This document shows positions 1 to 11,139 of a stretch of DNA of 64,000 nucleotides, one piece after another (position 1 is the stretch's first letter; each line of letters begins with the position of its first letter). The stretch spans positions 124,001 through 188,000 of IMG/VR virus record IMGVR_UViG_3300032268_000832; one strand, written 5' to 3'. The position numbers were made by a program, and so were the translations under genes. The notes under the pieces are model-generated. The model was not told the DNA's origin. It ran no database searches and worked only from the letters and a program-made list of their open reading frames with translations.

Positions 1-35
1 TTGGTAGTTTAATATTTATATATAAAAGAAATATT

Positions 36-3000
36 ATGCCATTATTTTATGACACGGCTTCGCCAACACCAACTTCTAGAAATACAATCAATAGTGTTTC
101 AATTGATATTAGAGATTTTCTATTACAAAAAAATTTATTACCAACATATCCAACATTATCAACTAGTTTAAATGGTAGTCCACGTATTGGTCAACCAGTA
201 TTAGATACTGAAACTAATTTCCTTAATTTTTACCCTCAACAAAGACTTGAAGGTAATACATCAAGTTTAGACATACTAGGAAGCATTTTAAACGGTCAAG
301 GTGTTGGTTTGGGTGCTGGAGGTTCAATCGAACCTAATTTTGACGTTAGAGGGTCTCTATTAGGTCGTGTGTTAGGTTCTACAGGTATTTTAAGTGATAC
401 TAAGATAGGTACTATTGGTGCAAAGCAATTAGCGTTAGCTTTAGCTAATAATGCAGCGTTCAATGTTCAACAAGAAATATTAGGTACATTAAATGTAAGA
501 GAAAACATTTATTCACTTATCAAAGATGGAGATTTAGCTGGTTTCAGACCTAATTATAAAATCACGGTACCAAAATCTACAGGTGGTCAAATATTAAATG
601 GTATCACAAGAGTATTAGGGTTTCAAATACCAAGAAGTTATTTAGATGAAAGTGGTTCTATATTCCAAACAGAAAATGGTGATGCGGCAAATATAGTAAG
701 AGCTAATGCTATGATTGAAAACACTGGTAAGGGTCAAGTAGCTGCGTTAATTTCGTCTATGTTGAATAATTTAAGTGCTAATGAAGTTAATGGAAGTGTA
801 GAAATAAATCCTTTTAGAAGTGGTTATTCACCAGCATTCAATGATAAAAAAGGAGAACCGATGAGTGACCCTAAAATTTATGCTTATTATCTAACCAATG
901 GTCAAGGAACTGTTAATGGTGGTGTAAGTAAATTATTAGGTAATATAGGTGATTATATGCCTAGTCTTAGTTATCTTAGAGAACAAATGACTAGTGATTC
1001 TGGTTTTAAATCACCTGAAGAATTGTTTATTGGTACTGGTCAATTTTTTAATTCTGGATACGATAAAAGAACTATTAGTAGAATAGGATTTTCATGGGCT
1101 AGTGAACAACCAGATGCTGTTAACTCTTTAGCTGGTTTAGATAATACTTCAGATTTTGAATTTTTAACAGGTGTTGATACTAATAACATAAAAGGTGATA
1201 AAAAATCATTATTGGTTAAAACACAGAAATTATTCAATAGTAAAGGTATGAAAAACATTGTCACTGTTAAAGGTGATATGGAAAAAAATTCAACACAAAT
1301 ACAAACAGCTAATGGTAATGGTTTTTCTAAAGGTAGCGCTGTTTTAAAAGCAGAAATGTATGATTTAGAAAAAGGTATTTATATAGGTAAAGAAAATGCC
1401 ACAGCTGATGAAACATATTGTAGAAGTTGGACAACGTTAGACAGATATGATAGTGTAAGTAAATTGATTAGAAACAAGGCGTTATATACAGACCCAAATG
1501 TTGCGTATAGATTTCAAACACAAAACAGTGTGTTAGATGGTCCTTTTGTTAAAATAGCACCATACGCAAATGAAATTGAAGACCCTAAAAAATTCATGTT
1601 ATCAATTGAAAATCTTGCTTGGAAAGATGAAGTTCAAAATTTACCAGAATGTGAACAAGGTCCAGGTGATTTAATATCAGGTGAAAGAGGTAGAATTATG
1701 TGGTTCCCACCATATGATATCCAATTTAGTGAAAATAACACAGTCAATTGGGAAGAAACTAATTTCATTGGTAGAGGTGAACCTATATATACATATAATA
1801 ATACAAAAAGAAGTGGAAATTTATCTTTTAAAATAGTTGTTGACCACCCAAGTTATTATAATGCTTTTAATGCTAGAAAAAACCAAACAGGTTCACCTGA
1901 TGATAATTATATAGCATCATTTTTTGCTGGTTGTGTTGATGTTGATAGAAGATGGGCAGATAAATTAATGTCAACACAAACCGTTAATGAAATAATATCT
2001 AATAAAATAGAAACCCCTCAAAAAAGAGAAAGCCCTAAAAATCCAGATGCTCCTAAACCATGTAATGTTTATTTTCTTAATGACGTTAGGAAATATAATT
2101 CAGATTATGAAGATGGTTATTTATCTGGAACTACAACACCTATTAATTATGTTACAAACCCACAAGGTGAAGGACAAGGTGTAGGTTATTATAAAGCTGA
2201 TATTACACAAAAATTATATAATGGTATAACTAGGTCGTGGTTAGATAATAAAAACTTTGGGTTAAACGCTGGTAGAGACAGCGAATGTGAAACATCAGTT
2301 GTTAATGACTTTAAATACAATGGTTATAACGACCCTAATTGGCACACAGCTATGGTTGAGTTTTTAAAATCTTGTCCATGGGCTGTTGTTAATGTTACTG
2401 GATATGCTAGCCCACAAGGTTTTGAAGAATCTAATAAGAGATTAGCTGACCTTAGAGCGGATGGTATAATAGAAACGCTTAAAAGTACATGGGGTTCTCA
2501 ATTAGGTCTTAACAGTACCCAAATAGAACAGAGATTTAAAAAAATAGGTGCAAAAATACTTAAAGAAAACTCTTTTGGTGATAAAAAATGTGTTGTCCAA
2601 ACAAAATCAAACCCAAATCCACCAACAGATACTGAAGGATGTAAATTAGGTAGAAAAGTTGAAATTTCAATTGTTTTTGATGAGAATTTAAAAGCTGAAA
2701 TTGAAAAATCGTTAGCGCCTTTACCACCTAAAATAACTTATAGTAACACTAGACTAACAGGTGAGTTAAAAAATAAATTTTACACTGAGTGTGATTATTT
2801 TGAACGTTTAACTGAAAACGACCCTTTTGTTTTTGATAGTATTAGAGAAAAAATTAGATACTTTCACCCAGCGTTCCATTCAACCACACCAGAAGGTCTT
2901 AATTCTAGACTTACATTTTTATTACAATGTACTAGACAAGGACCGACATTAGAAAAACAAGGTGCAAATAATTTAGCGTTTGGTAGACCACCAGTTTGTA

Positions 3001-3941
3001 TTCTTAGAATTGGTGATTTTTATAACACAAAAATTGTTATTGATAATGTTAATATTAGTTATGAACCATTGGTATGGGACCTTAACCCAGAAGGTGTTGG
3101 TGTTCAACCTATGATTGCTAATGTTGATATAACGTTTAACTTTTTAGGAGGTTCAACTCTTATGGGTCCATTAAATAAATTACAAAATGCGTTATCGTTT
3201 AACTATTTTGCTAATACACATGTATATGACCCAAGAGCTGATTATATTTCTAGAGGTAAAGATGTATTTAAACAAGAATTTGTAGATGACGAAGAAGGTA
3301 ACCCAGTTTTAGTTGCAAAAAAAATACCTTCATATAATATAATAGATGGTGTGTCATATAAAGAATATACTGATATAACTAATAAACTAACGGAAACTGA
3401 TTTAGGAGTTACAGACCAACCATTAGACCAAATAAAAGATGAAGCTTTTGTTAATTCTGGTACAATAAATAATGAAACTGAAACACCTACAACTTCAAAT
3501 GTTGATGATAATCAAATTGTGAATAGTATAAAACTTGTAAATTATTTAAAATATACTACAACAGACGATATTTTAACGTTATTGTTAACGTATAATAAAG
3601 AATTTGATATACCTTTTAACCTTAAAGATGAAAACCCTAAAACGTATAAAGGACAAGTTTATTTAATAAATGGTATGTCTAAAATTAATATTGGTTTTGT
3701 TTCAGTTGTTTCTAATGGTTTAAATAATGGTGTTTTAGTAAGTACTAATAGTGGTGCTGAAATATCAATATCACCAAATATAAAAAATGACCAAACGTTT
3801 AACGTTATTTTAGTTTTTGATGATGAAACAATTTCAAACAACGTAAAAGATTTGTTTACTAAATCTGGAATCATGTTAAAACTTGAATGGGAAACTGGTG
3901 GGTCATCACAATGTAACTTTAATAACAACAATGGAATATAA
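36..3941 (+). CDS. Baseplate/tail-tube-initiator-like protein (T4 gp48/gp54 / CIS tube-like fold) with an inserted OmpA-like peptidoglycan-binding domain
   Basis: Tube-like motifs WFPPYDIQFSE..NWEETNFIGRGEPIYTYNNTKRSGNLSF and RPPVCILRIGDFYNTKIVIDNVNISYE..PMIANVDITF flank an OmpA-C-like segment (VYF...VNVTGYASPQG..SNKRLADLRA...GRKVEISI). Directly upstream of gp53-like and hub genes. Confidence 0.6.
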   Translation: MPLFYDTASPTPTSRNTINSVSIDIRDFLLQKNLLPTYPTLSTSLNGSPRIGQPVLDTETNFLNFYPQQRLEGNTSSLDILGSILNGQGVGLGAGGSIEPNFDVRGSLLGRVLGSTGILSDTKIGTIGAKQLALALANNAAFNVQQEILGTLNVRENIYSLIKDGDLAGFRPNYKITVPKSTGGQILNGITRVLGFQIPRSYLDESGSIFQTENGDAANIVRANAMIENTGKGQVAALISSMLNNLSANEVNGSVEINPFRSGYSPAFNDKKGEPMSDPKIYAYYLTNGQGTVNGGVSKLLGNIGDYMPSLSYLREQMTSDSGFKSPEELFIGTGQFFNSGYDKRTISRIGFSWASEQPDAVNSLAGLDNTSDFEFLTGVDTNNIKGDKKSLLVKTQKLFNSKGMKNIVTVKGDMEKNSTQIQTANGNGFSKGSAVLKAEMYDLEKGIYIGKENATADETYCRSWTTLDRYDSVSKLIRNKALYTDPNVAYRFQTQNSVLDGPFVKIAPYANEIEDPKKFMLSIENLAWKDEVQNLPECEQGPGDLISGERGRIMWFPPYDIQFSENNTVNWEETNFIGRGEPIYTYNNTKRSGNLSFKIVVDHPSYYNAFNARKNQTGSPDDNYIASFFAGCVDVDRRWADKLMSTQTVNEIISNKIETPQKRESPKNPDAPKPCNVYFLNDVRKYNSDYEDGYLSGTTTPINYVTNPQGEGQGVGYYKADITQKLYNGITRSWLDNKNFGLNAGRDSECETSVVNDFKYNGYNDPNWHTAMVEFLKSCPWAVVNVTGYASPQGFEESNKRLADLRADGIIETLKSTWGSQLGLNSTQIEQRFKKIGAKILKENSFGDKKCVVQTKSNPNPPTDTEGCKLGRKVEISIVFDENLKAEIEKSLAPLPPKITYSNTRLTGELKNKFYTECDYFERLTENDPFVFDSIREKIRYFHPAFHSTTPEGLNSRLTFLLQCTRQGPTLEKQGANNLAFGRPPVCILRIGDFYNTKIVIDNVNISYEPLVWDLNPEGVGVQPMIANVDITFNFLGGSTLMGPLNKLQNALSFNYFANTHVYDPRADYISRGKDVFKQEFVDDEEGNPVLVAKKIPSYNIIDGVSYKEYTDITNKLTETDLGVTDQPLDQIKDEAFVNSGTINNETETPTTSNVDDNQIVNSIKLVNYLKYTTTDDILTLLLTYNKEFDIPFNLKDENPKTYKGQVYLINGMSKINIGFVSVVSNGLNNGVLVSTNSGAEISISPNIKNDQTFNVILVFDDETISNNVKDLFTKSGIMLKLEWETGGSSQCNFNNNNGI

Positions 3942-3951
3942 AAAATAAATT

Positions 3952-4269
3952 ATGGCAGAATACTACGATAGATATAAATCATTTAGAAATAACTCTGGGG
4001 TTGAACCAATCCCAGGTATTACAATACCTTTTTCAAGTTCAGATAAATCGGTTGTTTATAAAAAAGGGGAAAGTAGACTTGACAAAATAAGTAATGTTTA
4101 TTATAATAACCCGTACAGTGGTTGGTTAATAATGCAAGCTAACCCAGAATTTGGTGGTTTAGAATTTAACATACCAGATGGTGCTGTTATTAGAGTACCA
4201 TTTCCTTTTAACGAAGCGATAAGTCGTTACTCAACCCAAGTTTTAAATTATAAACAATTATATGGATAA
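3952..4269 (+). CDS. Baseplate wedge gp53/LysM-like (tail X-like) protein
   Basis: YKKGESRLDKISNVYYNNPYSGWLIMQANP...IPDGAVIRVP matches the LysM-like gp53/gpX pattern; 105 aa, between the tube-like and hub genes. Confidence 0.7.
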   Translation: MAEYYDRYKSFRNNSGVEPIPGITIPFSSSDKSVVYKKGESRLDKISNVYYNNPYSGWLIMQANPEFGGLEFNIPDGAVIRVPFPFNEAISRYSTQVLNYKQLYG

Positions 4270-7200
4270 TCAACCTAAAATAGGGTGCCGTTTTGGTACT
4301 GGCACTGGAGATAGAACAAAAATTATAGACCCTAACGCGTTTTATGGTGAAACAAACTCATCTAGAAACATACCAGTTAGGACTGAAGATTTAACAATTT
4401 CAGTTAAATTAACAACAACAAAAAAATCTAGAACAACTATTGCTACTAGTGAAGATGAAAACACCGTTGTTAAAGAACAAAAAGGTGCTACTATAAATTT
4501 TATTGAAGGTTCTGATATTAATGGTAAAAAAGTGTTAACAACAAAGTACACTCAATTAACAACAGTATTTGACAAAGATGAGTTTAACCCAGAAACATTT
4601 GGTATTACTAATATTGATATAGATTATAATACTTCATACACACCAGTAATTAAAATTGATTTTGTTGATGTTAAAGGGTCTTCTATTTTTCAAAACGAAG
4701 AATCGTTAACACAAGATAATTCACAAAATAAATATACAACATTTTTTGAATTTCCTTATCCAATGTTTGAGTTGGAAGTAAAAGGTTATTATGGTCAACC
4801 AGTAACGTATTGTTTACATATGACTAAGTTTAACTCTAAATTTAATTCACAAACTGGTAATTTTGAAATTAGTTGTGAGTTTATTGGGTATACATATGCC
4901 TTATTATCAGACATGCTTGTTGGTGTTTTAAAAGTTATTCATTTAACAAATATTGGTGAGACTATATTTAATAATTACAACACAGAAAGAACAGACAAAG
5001 GTAAACAACCTATTTTAAATTTAGTTGAATTAAGAAAAAAAATAGCTGATATAAGTGAGGAAATACAAAAAGCTGCTGCAACTTCATCTGAATCAAAAGA
5101 TATAGTTTCGTTTCAAGAATCTAACAATTTATTATCTAGTTTAAATTTAAATTTAGCTAATTTAAACGACCAATTTTCTATAACAAAAAAAGATAATACA
5201 ACAGAAACGACTGAATATAGTTTTGTTGTTATGGATAATACACCTTTTTCTAATGAAAAAAATGCAAATTATAATGCGATAAATGCCGAGATAAAAGAAA
5301 CAATAAAAAAATATAACGATTTAAAAATTAATGGCTTATCAATAAATGAAAATGAATTTGCGTCACCAACAATTATAACTGAATTAACTTTAGATAAATT
5401 AGAACCAGACTATGATTTACAAATTGGTATTTATAAAGACGCCTCGGAAATAGAATCTTTTAAAAAGGATTTAAAAAATTATATAAAAAACAATTTTAAT
5501 TTAGCATCAAACGTAACATTTAGAGCGTTTGATTTAAGGTCTAGATATAAAATACTTGAAATTCAAAAATCTTTATCTGAAACTAGTTTAAAAGACGCTA
5601 ATAGAGCGTTAGCTATTCAGATAAAAGACAAGGTTGCTGTTACTTTAGGTTTTGAACCAACTGTTAGAAATATGGTTGAAATATTCACTAATTTAATTGA
5701 AGTTTTCATGGAAACTATATGGACAGTTTCAAATAAAGCTGAAAACAATGTCAAAAGAAAAGAATTATTACAAACAGCTTTTGGTCAAGATTTAAACAAA
5801 AGTGATTATACCGAAAAAATTAATTATTGGCCTTGGCCAGATTATAGAGAAAAAGATAGTAAAACAAACGCTTATGTTGATACGTATTTAGGTTCATGTC
5901 CTGAATTAAAAAATAATATATCAGACATAGACGAATTAGTTTTTATTGACGATTTATTAAAAGCGTTCCTAACAGCTAACAAACAACAAAAAGAATCAGA
6001 TTTATTAAATGCTGGTGATGAAACATTATTTATACCAACAAATCCTTTAGATACTAAGGTTTTTGGTGTTAGCGGTAATCCTTATGCTAAAAAAGATATA
6101 ATAAACACACAACAAGCTTTAAGAACTGTTTTGGTTAGAGCTATGACATTTTTAGGTTATTCCAATGACCAAGATTATTTAACTGCTGGTGAAGATGGTG
6201 AAATACAAACAATGGCTAAATTAGAAGCTAGAATGTTATATGATGCGTTATTAAATCCTACAGTAAAATCATTATTTAATAAAATAGAACAAGATAACAT
6301 AAAAAAAACAATTGGTAAGATTTCTGGTAGTGATAGATATGTGATTGGTGAGACAACGCGAGGTGATTATTATTACAACTATGTCAACAAAGAAGATGGT
6401 GGTTTATTAAATGATTTTAAATTATTACCTATTGGTTTTGATATTGAAGGTGAAGATTTAGAAACTGCTTATCAAAGTGAACCATTTGCTAGGACTTATA
6501 TTGAACAAGATAAATTAAGAGAATATGCTAGTTCTGGTAAAATATTTTTAACAAACTATGGTGGTGGTTTAAACGCTTTAGGTTCTGATTCTGTTGATAA
6601 CGCTAAATCTAATGATGGTGGTATTTATATAGAAATAAAACAACCATCAGATATAATCCCAACTACAACTGAAAGCTTATATGATACAAATTTAAAAACA
6701 GAAATGGTTTTAGATTTAAAAGCTTTAAAAGAAGATTCAATTGCTAGTGCAGGTTTTAATGTTTTTGGAGGTAATTATGGAATTTCAGATTATAGTAATA
6801 TTAATTTTGGTGAAGAGTTTAAAACGAGTCAACCAAAATCAATGTTTATTTTTTATGAACAAAATAGTATCCTAAATGGTTTAGGGTTATCTAGAAAAGC
6901 GTCTAAAAATTTAAAAAGTGATTATGATTTTAATAAAACGGGTAATATAAATTTATCTAATACATACGAAGAAAGAAATATAGATATACAAAGTATATTA
7001 GAAACAGGTAAATACAAAGGTAGCTACGCTAAACCTTTACATAAAGATTATGGTTCTAATTGGAGTTTATCTAGAAATATGGATAGTAGTGATGTAAGTT
7101 ATCCTTTTATAAGTCAATATTTAGATATTAGCGATGGTAGAAGAAAAACAATTTCTCTTTTTGGTAGTAAATTTTATTATTTTCAGAAAAATAATGTTAT

Positions 7201-10200
7201 TAATTTTTATGATAATAGACAATCATCGATTGCAGAAAAATATGTTAGAGGTTTATTGTTTTTAAACACATTACCGTTTAAAATATATGAAACTGGTAAC
7301 GTTGTCAATAACCCAAGTGGTACAGTAAAAAATAATAAAAACAATCCTTTTCAAGTACCTGAAATACGACATTTATTTGACATAAACGCTGGTTTTATAC
7401 ATACACCTAAATTATGGGTAGCCTATGTTGGTGGTTTATTGTGGTGGTTATCTGAAGAAGACCCAAAAGTTTCTGGAACTAAAATAATTGGTGGTGGTAG
7501 AGGTAAGACGGACCCTATTATTTGGAGAAAAGATTGTGGAAATGATTCAGGTAATTGGGCGTGTAAACCTACTAAAAATCAATATTTACCTAAAATGTTA
7601 ATGTTAGACCCTGAAGATATTGAAAGTGATAGTATACTACTTAATTTACCTAGACAAGTACAAGATAAATTTAAAGAAGTATTTTTTGAATTTATTAATG
7701 GTGAAGGTGAAACGTCATTTACTAACATAGCGTCTAAATTAGAAATTTACGATGGTACTGGGTTAGGATTTTGTAATTTAGTTAATAGATTTTCACAACC
7801 AGATTTACCAAATACTTTTATAAAAAAAACAAATGTTTCTAGTAATTACGTAAAAGGTAGTGACATAACAGATAATTTTAAAAATTATGATAATTATAAT
7901 GTTATTTTACCTGTTTATAGTGATATAGGTGGTGCAGAGTATTTAAGTTCAATATATTTGGAATTAAAAGATGATTCAGATATTGTAGGTAAATTAAAAG
8001 ACATTTTTAAAGAAGAATTAATAATTGTAAACACTGGTTATAAAATTTGGAATCCAAAAAAATATGCTCAATACAGACAAGGTGTTACAATAAAAAAAGA
8101 TGTTTATGGTGAATATTTTAAAACGTTTACAGAAGAAATAAAAGCTTTAACTGAAGGTACGACAATACAAGGTGAGGAAGAAAAACAACTAAATGAAGTT
8201 TTCGGTATGAGTAATAAAAACGACATTAAATTAATGTTGTATAAACACTGTAAAAACATTTATGATAAATGGGTTGGTGGTGTTCAAGATATTAACAACG
8301 TTATTTTCCAATGTGGTGATAATTCTAGAACTGATAGTAATAGAAAACAAACAGACACGGCTTTATCTGATAAATATGGTTCAGGCAAACCTAGATTAAT
8401 TGATAGTTTTAGATTTGTAACTAGGTCTTTTAGAGATATTGGTGACGAATTATTTATCGACCCTAGACCTGTTGAAGAGCAAATATCAGATTTTCCTAAC
8501 ACATCTAGTTATAGTGTAATTAGTGGTTTATTAAATGATAATAAATTTGAGTTTCACTCGTTACCAACTTTTATCAATTATAGAGATGATAAAATGTTAG
8601 AATCTGTTTTTACACCGCAAGAATATAATAATTCAATAACATCATGCGGTCCAACATTTGTTTGTGTTTATACAGGACAACATTCGAAAAGTTTAGATAT
8701 TAAATCTGGAAGATACCCAAATGATGGTTTTGATATGCGCTGTAATTCAACAACAATTCCAGACGATTTTAAAAACGCCTTACAACCATATGAGGACCCA
8801 GTTGCTGTTTTTGAGGTTAATTATTCGCAGCAAAATCAAAATATATTTAAAGACATAACTTTGGACCAAAGCGAATTTTCTGAAACTGAAGAATCTTTAA
8901 AGATTGTACAAGATATATCTATGAACGGGTTTGAAAATAAACCAACATATGCTGGTCAAAACATGTATAATATATATGGTGTTAGAAGTTATAGTGCTGA
9001 AATAGAAATGTTAGGGAATCCAATGATTCAACCTATGATGTATTTTCAATTAAATAACATACCAATGTTCCATGGTGCTTATATGATTATAAGAACTAGA
9101 CATAATATTAAACCTAATCACATGACAACATGGTTTACTGGTAGTAGGATTAGAGCTATTGAAACACCATTATTTGATGTTGCCGATGCGTATATGAGTT
9201 TAATCGAAACTTTAAACTTATCTGAAGTTAAGGGTGGTTCTACTACAGTTAGAGGAACTGGAGGTATGGTATTTGGTCAAAATTGTGGTGAGTTTAAATT
9301 AACTAAACCTATTGTAGATGGCGCTGAAGGTTTTTATAAAAGTAAACCAATTAGAGATTTAGTTGCAATTGTTGAAAGTAGAGGTGATTATAACGCTTAT
9401 AATAATGGTATTGCTGGTTCTAAAGGTACAGGAAACTATATACCATCACAAATGACCGTTTCTCAAATAAAATCAGCACAAGCAAAAACAGGTAACGATA
9501 GAATATTTGCAGTTGGTAAATATCAATTAATACCTAAAACTTTTGACACCATGGTAAAAACTTTAGGGTTTTCTGATAGTACAGTTTTCAATGCTGAAAA
9601 CCAAGAGAAAGCTGGTGAATGGTTAATATTAAAAGGAGCTGGTTATAGAAATGGTTTAATAAACTATTTCAAAACAGGTAGTTTGGGTAAAGAAAAAGAT
9701 TTACAAAACGCCATAACTGATTTAGCGTTAGAATTTGCATCTTTTCCATCTTATTATGGTGTAACTACTTCACAAGCGGCCTCTAGAGTTAACCCAATTG
9801 GTTATAATTCAAAAACAGCTTTATACGGTGGTTCAGCTGGAAATGCGGCGTCTGCTGTTTTTTGTGCATACGATGTTGCTGAAGCTTTAATTGAAACTTG
9901 GAAAAATTATAATCCTAATAAAACACCAGAATTTACTTTAGAAAAATTAAAAAATACGTCAACAATACAAACAGATAACGATAATTCTATAAAATTAACA
10001 GCGAATGATAAATCAACAGCTATTATTATGGGTGATTCAACTGTGGGTGTGATTAATTCTGTACCTAATGGTTTACAAAAAAATAAAATAGACATTTCTT
10101 TTAATAAAGTTGGTGAAACTGTTAATTGGTTAATCAGTAAATTGAAAGAATTTGGTAAAGATGGTAAAAAATATGGTAATACTAAATACGTTTTTGTGTC

Positions 10201-10513
10201 AATAGGTACAAATGATGGTTATGTTGTAAGTGATAGTAGTAAAAAGAAAATTAGTGAATTAAATGAATTGATAAAAAAAATATACCCAAATGCTAAAAGA
10301 GTTGTAATACCAGGTACTTACGGTTGGGGTAATGTAAATGATAAAACCAAACAGAATCAAGATAATTATTATAAAATATTTACTGATTTAGGGTTTACTT
10401 ATCAATATCCAAACGCTAGTGCTTTGGCGTCTACGGATGCTAAAGCTCATGATTCAAAATCTGATTGGTTTGTTAAATCAACTAAAAAAATTGTTGATAT
10501 AAAAAATGCGTAA
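4262..10513 (+). CDS. Giant baseplate hub protein (gp27/gp44-like) with C-terminal lysozyme-like and SGNH-hydrolase domains
   Basis: Hub-like N-terminus (FGITNIDI..PVIKIDFVDVKG..YPMFELEVKGYYG) and hub C-terminal motif YSAEIEMLGNPMIQP..FHGAYMIIRTRHNI..MTTWFTG. Then lysozyme-like LVAIVESRGDYNAYN..AVGKYQLIPKT..FNAENQEKA and SGNH-like IIMGDST..SIGTND..DAKAH. Confidence 0.65.
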   Translation: MDNQPKIGCRFGTGTGDRTKIIDPNAFYGETNSSRNIPVRTEDLTISVKLTTTKKSRTTIATSEDENTVVKEQKGATINFIEGSDINGKKVLTTKYTQLTTVFDKDEFNPETFGITNIDIDYNTSYTPVIKIDFVDVKGSSIFQNEESLTQDNSQNKYTTFFEFPYPMFELEVKGYYGQPVTYCLHMTKFNSKFNSQTGNFEISCEFIGYTYALLSDMLVGVLKVIHLTNIGETIFNNYNTERTDKGKQPILNLVELRKKIADISEEIQKAAATSSESKDIVSFQESNNLLSSLNLNLANLNDQFSITKKDNTTETTEYSFVVMDNTPFSNEKNANYNAINAEIKETIKKYNDLKINGLSINENEFASPTIITELTLDKLEPDYDLQIGIYKDASEIESFKKDLKNYIKNNFNLASNVTFRAFDLRSRYKILEIQKSLSETSLKDANRALAIQIKDKVAVTLGFEPTVRNMVEIFTNLIEVFMETIWTVSNKAENNVKRKELLQTAFGQDLNKSDYTEKINYWPWPDYREKDSKTNAYVDTYLGSCPELKNNISDIDELVFIDDLLKAFLTANKQQKESDLLNAGDETLFIPTNPLDTKVFGVSGNPYAKKDIINTQQALRTVLVRAMTFLGYSNDQDYLTAGEDGEIQTMAKLEARMLYDALLNPTVKSLFNKIEQDNIKKTIGKISGSDRYVIGETTRGDYYYNYVNKEDGGLLNDFKLLPIGFDIEGEDLETAYQSEPFARTYIEQDKLREYASSGKIFLTNYGGGLNALGSDSVDNAKSNDGGIYIEIKQPSDIIPTTTESLYDTNLKTEMVLDLKALKEDSIASAGFNVFGGNYGISDYSNINFGEEFKTSQPKSMFIFYEQNSILNGLGLSRKASKNLKSDYDFNKTGNINLSNTYEERNIDIQSILETGKYKGSYAKPLHKDYGSNWSLSRNMDSSDVSYPFISQYLDISDGRRKTISLFGSKFYYFQKNNVINFYDNRQSSIAEKYVRGLLFLNTLPFKIYETGNVVNNPSGTVKNNKNNPFQVPEIRHLFDINAGFIHTPKLWVAYVGGLLWWLSEEDPKVSGTKIIGGGRGKTDPIIWRKDCGNDSGNWACKPTKNQYLPKMLMLDPEDIESDSILLNLPRQVQDKFKEVFFEFINGEGETSFTNIASKLEIYDGTGLGFCNLVNRFSQPDLPNTFIKKTNVSSNYVKGSDITDNFKNYDNYNVILPVYSDIGGAEYLSSIYLELKDDSDIVGKLKDIFKEELIIVNTGYKIWNPKKYAQYRQGVTIKKDVYGEYFKTFTEEIKALTEGTTIQGEEEKQLNEVFGMSNKNDIKLMLYKHCKNIYDKWVGGVQDINNVIFQCGDNSRTDSNRKQTDTALSDKYGSGKPRLIDSFRFVTRSFRDIGDELFIDPRPVEEQISDFPNTSSYSVISGLLNDNKFEFHSLPTFINYRDDKMLESVFTPQEYNNSITSCGPTFVCVYTGQHSKSLDIKSGRYPNDGFDMRCNSTTIPDDFKNALQPYEDPVAVFEVNYSQQNQNIFKDITLDQSEFSETEESLKIVQDISMNGFENKPTYAGQNMYNIYGVRSYSAEIEMLGNPMIQPMMYFQLNNIPMFHGAYMIIRTRHNIKPNHMTTWFTGSRIRAIETPLFDVADAYMSLIETLNLSEVKGGSTTVRGTGGMVFGQNCGEFKLTKPIVDGAEGFYKSKPIRDLVAIVESRGDYNAYNNGIAGSKGTGNYIPSQMTVSQIKSAQAKTGNDRIFAVGKYQLIPKTFDTMVKTLGFSDSTVFNAENQEKAGEWLILKGAGYRNGLINYFKTGSLGKEKDLQNAITDLALEFASFPSYYGVTTSQAASRVNPIGYNSKTALYGGSAGNAASAVFCAYDVAEALIETWKNYNPNKTPEFTLEKLKNTSTIQTDNDNSIKLTANDKSTAIIMGDSTVGVINSVPNGLQKNKIDISFNKVGETVNWLISKLKEFGKDGKKYGNTKYVFVSIGTNDGYVVSDSSKKKISELNELIKKIYPNAKRVVIPGTYGWGNVNDKTKQNQDNYYKIFTDLGFTYQYPNASALASTDAKAHDSKSDWFVKSTKKIVDIKNA

Positions 10514-10530
10514 ATTAAAAATATTTTTAG

Positions 10531-10538
10531 TATATTTG
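10531..10538 (+). promoter_or_regulatory. Bacteroidota-type -7 box (TATATTTG)
   Basis: TAGTATATTTGCA ending 4 nt before ATG 10543; matches TAnnTTTG. Confidence 0.55.
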
Positions 10539-10542
10539 CAAT

Positions 10543-11139
10543 ATGAAAATTGCCAATATAGTTTCTACAACACAAATTAATCTTTCAGAAGATTTTAATG
10601 TGGTACAATCCATGGATGAAATAATCCATGGATTACCTACATTGATAATTGGTTTTGACGTTACAGACAAATTGTATCCAAACTATGATGTTGGTGAAAT
10701 AAAGGTTGAAGATAATGTTTATTGGACAACAAAACGAACAGAAAATAGAGATAAACACAATATTGAATTAGAATGGTTTAAATATTTTGTTTATAATGAA
10801 TTAATAAAAGATATAAATTACATATTTGTTGACCCAATACAATACAAGAGAAAATCTTTTTTAAAAATCCTTAAAAAAATATATTTAACTTCAAATAAAA
10901 TTACCTATCAACATAAAGACATGTTGTATATTTATGGTGATAATTTTATATTTGGGGTTGATTTAAAATTATTAAAATACATCGGGTTAGATATCAACAA
11001 AATAAAAGACAAAATATTTAAGCTAAGCTCAGTGTTTTTGGGTGAAACCGACATATTTATAGAATATAAAAATATAATCGAAGATTTAGATAATCAAGTT
11101 CGATTTTTACCGTTTTTATATTCTATTAGAAATGAATAA
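10543..11139 (+). CDS. Hypothetical protein
   Basis: 198-aa ORF preceded by a TAnnTTTG box; no motif recognised. Confidence 0.6.
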   Translation: MKIANIVSTTQINLSEDFNVVQSMDEIIHGLPTLIIGFDVTDKLYPNYDVGEIKVEDNVYWTTKRTENRDKHNIELEWFKYFVYNELIKDINYIFVDPIQYKRKSFLKILKKIYLTSNKITYQHKDMLYIYGDNFIFGVDLKLLKYIGLDINKIKDKIFKLSSVFLGETDIFIEYKNIIEDLDNQVRFLPFLYSIRNE

